Below, in pieces: positions 45,940-48,875 of a stretch of DNA of 48,875 bases. Under the pieces are notes generated by a model. It saw only the letters and a list, made by a program, of their open reading frames with translations. It ran no database searches and was not told where the DNA came from. Position numbers and translations under genes: made by a program. The stretch's first letter is position 1; every line of letters begins with the position of its first letter. Source of the DNA: Phycisphaerae bacterium (GTDB lineage Bacteria > Planctomycetota > Phycisphaerae > UBA1845). The stretch covers positions 1 to 48,875 of the forward strand of contig JAJDDR010000046.1 of the NCBI GenBank assembly GCA_029260255.1, written 5' to 3'.

Positions 45940-48108
45940 ATGTGGAGGTACGCAGCGATGGAGAATCTACGCACTGGTCGGCTCGGAACGGGTGTCGGGC
46001 TGATCGTCACTCTCCTTGTGTCACCGATGAGCGCGCAGCGCGCGACCGCTGCGCCGCCGGCCACGCGGACGGTGAACCAGGTCGACGTACTTCACGGGGT
46101 CAAGGTCGCGGACCCGTATCGCTGGCTCGAGAACGAGACGGACCCCGAGGTCACGGCCTGGGTGGAAGCGCAGAACGCACACGTGCGATCCTACGTCGAC
46201 CGCTTCGCCGAACGCACGGCGATCGCCTCGCGGCTCGAAAAGCTCAACTCCGCGGTTTCCGATTCCGCACCGAGCGTGGTCAACGGGCGGTACTTCTTCA
46301 ACCATCACGAAGGGCTGAAGAACCACTCGGTGCTTTACGTGCGCGAAGGAAGCCACACGGCCGAGGCGAGGGTTCTGCTGGATCCGAACACGTTCAGCGA
46401 AGACGGCACCGTCGCGTTGGATTGGACGAGTATCTCGCCTGATGGAAAGCTGATCGCGTACGGCAAGAGCGCAAGCGGCGACGAAAAGAGTACGCTGTAC
46501 ATCAAGAACATCACGACCGGCGAGCACCTGCCCGACGTCATCCCCCACACGCGCTACTGCGGCATCGCTTGGCGCGCGGACGCGCGGTCTTTCCTCTACA
46601 CACGATATCCCGCACCCGGATCCGTGCCGGCGGGCGATGAGAGTTACCACCGCAAGGTCTACGAGCACCGCCTGGGCAACGACTGGCAGAAGGACCCGCT
46701 GGTCGTCGGCGATCTTTCGACCAAGGAGGAGATGCTCAACCCGTACACCAACTCCACGGATGACTGGGTGTTCCTGTCGCGCTCGGTGGACTGGGCCAAG
46801 AACGATCTCTACTTCAAGCCGGCCGGTGACTCCGGACCTTTCCGCCCGATCGCCGTCGGGCTCGACGGTCAGGTTTCCGCCGATCTCATCGAAGGCAAGC
46901 TGTTCATCCGCACCAACGTCGACGCGCCGCGTTACCGCATCGTGACCGCCGATCCCAAGGAGCCGGCACCGCGACACTGGCAGACGTTGATACCCCAGCC
47001 GGCGCGCGGCAGTGTTATCACTTCCTTGTCGGTCATCGACCGCAATCTCGTGGTGTCCATGCGCGAGAACGCACATTCGCGCATCGTCATCTACGATATC
47101 GAGGGCAAACTCATCGACGAGGTCAAGTTGCCGACGCTCGGATCGATCGGCGGCATCTACGGTGAATGGGATAGCCGCGAGTTCTTCTTCTCGTTCAGTT
47201 CGTTCGCCTACCCGCCCGCGAACTTTCGTTACGATCTGCGAACGCGCACGCTCGAGTGCATCGGTCGCATGAGTATCGACGTGGTTCCCGATCGTTACGA
47301 GACCAAACAGGTGTGGTACACGTCGAAGGACGGCACCAAGGTGCCCATGTTCGTCGTGCATAAGAAGGGGCTCAAACTCGATGGGCGAAACCCGACCCTG
47401 CTGTACGGCTACGGCGGGTTCGACATCAGCTTGACGCCCCGGTTTCGCAAGGATCTGTTTGTCTGGCTCGACCGGGGGGGCGTCTACGCGTCGGCCAATC
47501 TCCGCGGCGGCGGCGAGTTCGGCAAGGAGTGGCATCTCGCCGGGCGGCGCGAGAAGAAGCAGAACGTCTTCGACGATTTTGTAGCGGCCGCCGAGGCGCT
47601 CATCGAGTTCGGCTACACCGATCGGGATCGCTTGGCCATTCACGGCGGAAGCAACGGCGGGCTGCTGGTCGGGGCGTGCATGGTGCAGAGACCGGACTTG
47701 TTCCGCGCCGTCGTCTGTGCGGTACCGCTTCTGGACATGCTGCGCTATCACCATTACTCCATCGCGCGGCTGTGGATTCCCGAGTATGGGTCGGCCGACA
47801 ACGCCGAGGAGTTCAAGTGGTTGCACGCCTACTCGCCGTATCACCACGTCAAAAAGGGCGTCACGTATCCCGCGACGCTGTTCATGACCGCGACGTCTGA
47901 CTCGCGCGTGAACCCGCTGCACGCCTGGAAGATGGCCGCACGCGTTCAGTCGGAGGGCAACGGTGATCGCCCCATCTTGCTGCGTACCGAATCCAAAGCC
48001 GGTCACGGCGCGGGCAAGCCGCTTCGCAAGCGCATCGAAGCCGACGTAGACCGCTGGGTTTTCCTGATGAGCGAACTGGGCATCATCACGCCTTCGGCAA
48101 CCGACTGA
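45940..48108 (+). CDS. Prolyl oligopeptidase (S9A family serine peptidase), secreted
   Basis: The signal-like N-terminus has ATG 45940 or 45958 as possible starts. DPYRWLEN is the POP N-terminal motif. The catalytic Ser is in IHGGSNGGLLVGA, the Asp in TATSDSRVNP and the His in KAGHGAGKP. Confidence 0.93.
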   Translation: MWRYAAMENLRTGRLGTGVGLIVTLLVSPMSAQRATAAPPATRTVNQVDVLHGVKVADPYRWLENETDPEVTAWVEAQNAHVRSYVDRFAERTAIASRLEKLNSAVSDSAPSVVNGRYFFNHHEGLKNHSVLYVREGSHTAEARVLLDPNTFSEDGTVALDWTSISPDGKLIAYGKSASGDEKSTLYIKNITTGEHLPDVIPHTRYCGIAWRADARSFLYTRYPAPGSVPAGDESYHRKVYEHRLGNDWQKDPLVVGDLSTKEEMLNPYTNSTDDWVFLSRSVDWAKNDLYFKPAGDSGPFRPIAVGLDGQVSADLIEGKLFIRTNVDAPRYRIVTADPKEPAPRHWQTLIPQPARGSVITSLSVIDRNLVVSMRENAHSRIVIYDIEGKLIDEVKLPTLGSIGGIYGEWDSREFFFSFSSFAYPPANFRYDLRTRTLECIGRMSIDVVPDRYETKQVWYTSKDGTKVPMFVVHKKGLKLDGRNPTLLYGYGGFDISLTPRFRKDLFVWLDRGGVYASANLRGGGEFGKEWHLAGRREKKQNVFDDFVAAAEALIEFGYTDRDRLAIHGGSNGGLLVGACMVQRPDLFRAVVCAVPLLDMLRYHHYSIARLWIPEYGSADNAEEFKWLHAYSPYHHVKKGVTYPATLFMTATSDSRVNPLHAWKMAARVQSEGNGDRPILLRTESKAGHGAGKPLRKRIEADVDRWVFLMSELGIITPSATD

Positions 48109-48252
48109 CCGCGGCGGTATCAGCAACGTATCTGTATCGCGTGGGCATGATTCGACCGGCGCGCCCGGGGTCCACCCTGGACCGCGGAGGCACGGTGCGT
48201 GCCTGCGGTCATCGCAATGCGCAGGTGTGTGTCGCCCAGCCGGGCCGAGTCT

Positions 48253-48276
48253 GGGAGTGCCACTTATGTGGCACTC
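48253..48276 (+). terminator. Perfect 10-bp hairpin ~145 nt downstream of the peptidase gene (weak terminator candidate)
   Basis: GGAGTGCCAC-ttat-GTGGCACTCC is followed only by TTGT, so there is no real U-tract. Confidence 0.3.
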
Positions 48277-48875
48277 CTTGTGGGACAAGCGGGATTCACC
48301 CGCCCGATCGCGTAGCGGTCCGTGTCCGTGTCGGTGGTGCGTGTGTCGCTCGGAGGTGTCGGCCGCCCGGCGGCGAAATTGCAGTGTGACTGGCAAATGG
48401 GTTCGTTTCGTCAATACGGCGTGTCGCATCAGGGCGGAATCAGCGTTTTGGGGCTCGAAATGAGGTTTTCGGTGCCTTGAGGCGGTTGTGTTCGGTGCGT
48501 GGACTCGTGTCATGGCGTGCGCCCCGTGCTGTTTTTGGGGAGAACCTCTGGTCGGCGGCCGGTGTGTTCGGAGCGCCGGAGCGGCTGTCTCCCTACCTAT
48601 ACAAAGGACGCGGGGGGGCGGTTTTTTCCGTGGGATTTCGGAGTGCCCGTGTTCCCGGTCGAAAAGGGCGGTTTTCCGGTGGCGGTCGCGGCGGGTGTGA
48701 CTGTCTTCGTTGGCGCGGTTGAAATAATCATGCCCCAATAGTGTTCGGCACTCAGATTGCGTTGTGCATAGGAACCCTTGACCGACGGCTCGCGGCCACG
48801 AATTCGCGCCACACTTTACTTGCGCTCGCGCCGCCAATCGCGCACAATCGGGGACATGGCGGCAAAGCGCAAGAA

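Noticed and set aside
46021-48837. Very long antisense ORFs: 938 aa here, plus 215-1645, 10466-11662, 21163-23043, 31409-33316, 41705-42604, 43459-45285 and many others.
   Set aside because: They lie opposite genes with unmistakable conserved motifs. They are Arg/Pro/Gly/His-rich with no recognisable domains. These are classic shadow ORFs of high-GC DNA, where stop codons are rare on the antisense strand.
48856-48875. Possible gene start MAAKRKK at the right edge.
   Set aside because: Only about six codons are visible. This cannot be supported as a feature.
1-48875. Looked for CRISPR arrays, rRNA/tRNA genes, transposases, integrases, phage genes, and toxin-antitoxin or defence-island signatures.
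   Set aside because: No regularly spaced direct repeats, no cloverleaf-capable sequences, no DDE, tyrosine- or serine-recombinase motifs, and no recognisable defence gene motifs were seen in any frame.

Overview
GC-rich bacterial chromosome segment; the repeat types make me guess Planctomycetota/PVC, but that is only a guess. All homology calls come from reading motifs by eye. No searches were run.

Nt 1-26.9 kb, all on the minus strand, is one contiguous flagellar supercluster. Its gene order matches the Bacillus fla/che operon and the spirochaete flgB operon: TPR membrane protein, FlgN-like protein, soluble histidine kinase, sigma-54 response regulator, then flgB flgC fliE fliF fliG fliH fliI fliJ ylxF-like fliK flgD flgE flbD motA motB fliL fliN fliO fliP fliQ fliR flhB flhA flhF (partial). 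Sigma-54 -24/-12 promoters can be read in front of flgB and flgE. fliM is absent from its usual slot between fliL and fliN. FliN carries a ~240-aa acidic extension with five tandem LSQxDIDAL-type peptides, the CheY-P docking motif normally found on FliM.

Nt 27-48 kb, mostly on the plus strand, holds housekeeping and accessory genes:
- acnA interrupted by one in-frame TAG
- a small membrane protein, then kdsC
- a 1112-aa LptC/LptA-like envelope protein
- lysA, preceded by 620 nt of structured non-coding DNA that ends in an intrinsic terminator
- a possibly frameshifted small wHTH gene
- an MCP
- a secreted beta-propeller protein
- a decayed CRTAC1/ASPIC-UnbV pseudogene
- a MITE-like palindromic element containing a REP-like 26-mer that recurs between flhA and flhB
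- an RRM glycine-rich RNA-binding protein
- a small PQQ-repeat protein
- a translationally coupled vWA-HK-OmpR module
- prolyl oligopeptidase, followed by ~750 nt of unassigned sequence

No rRNA, tRNA, CRISPR array, transposase or integrase was recognised. Many long ORFs in the supplied track are antisense shadow ORFs typical of high-GC DNA.
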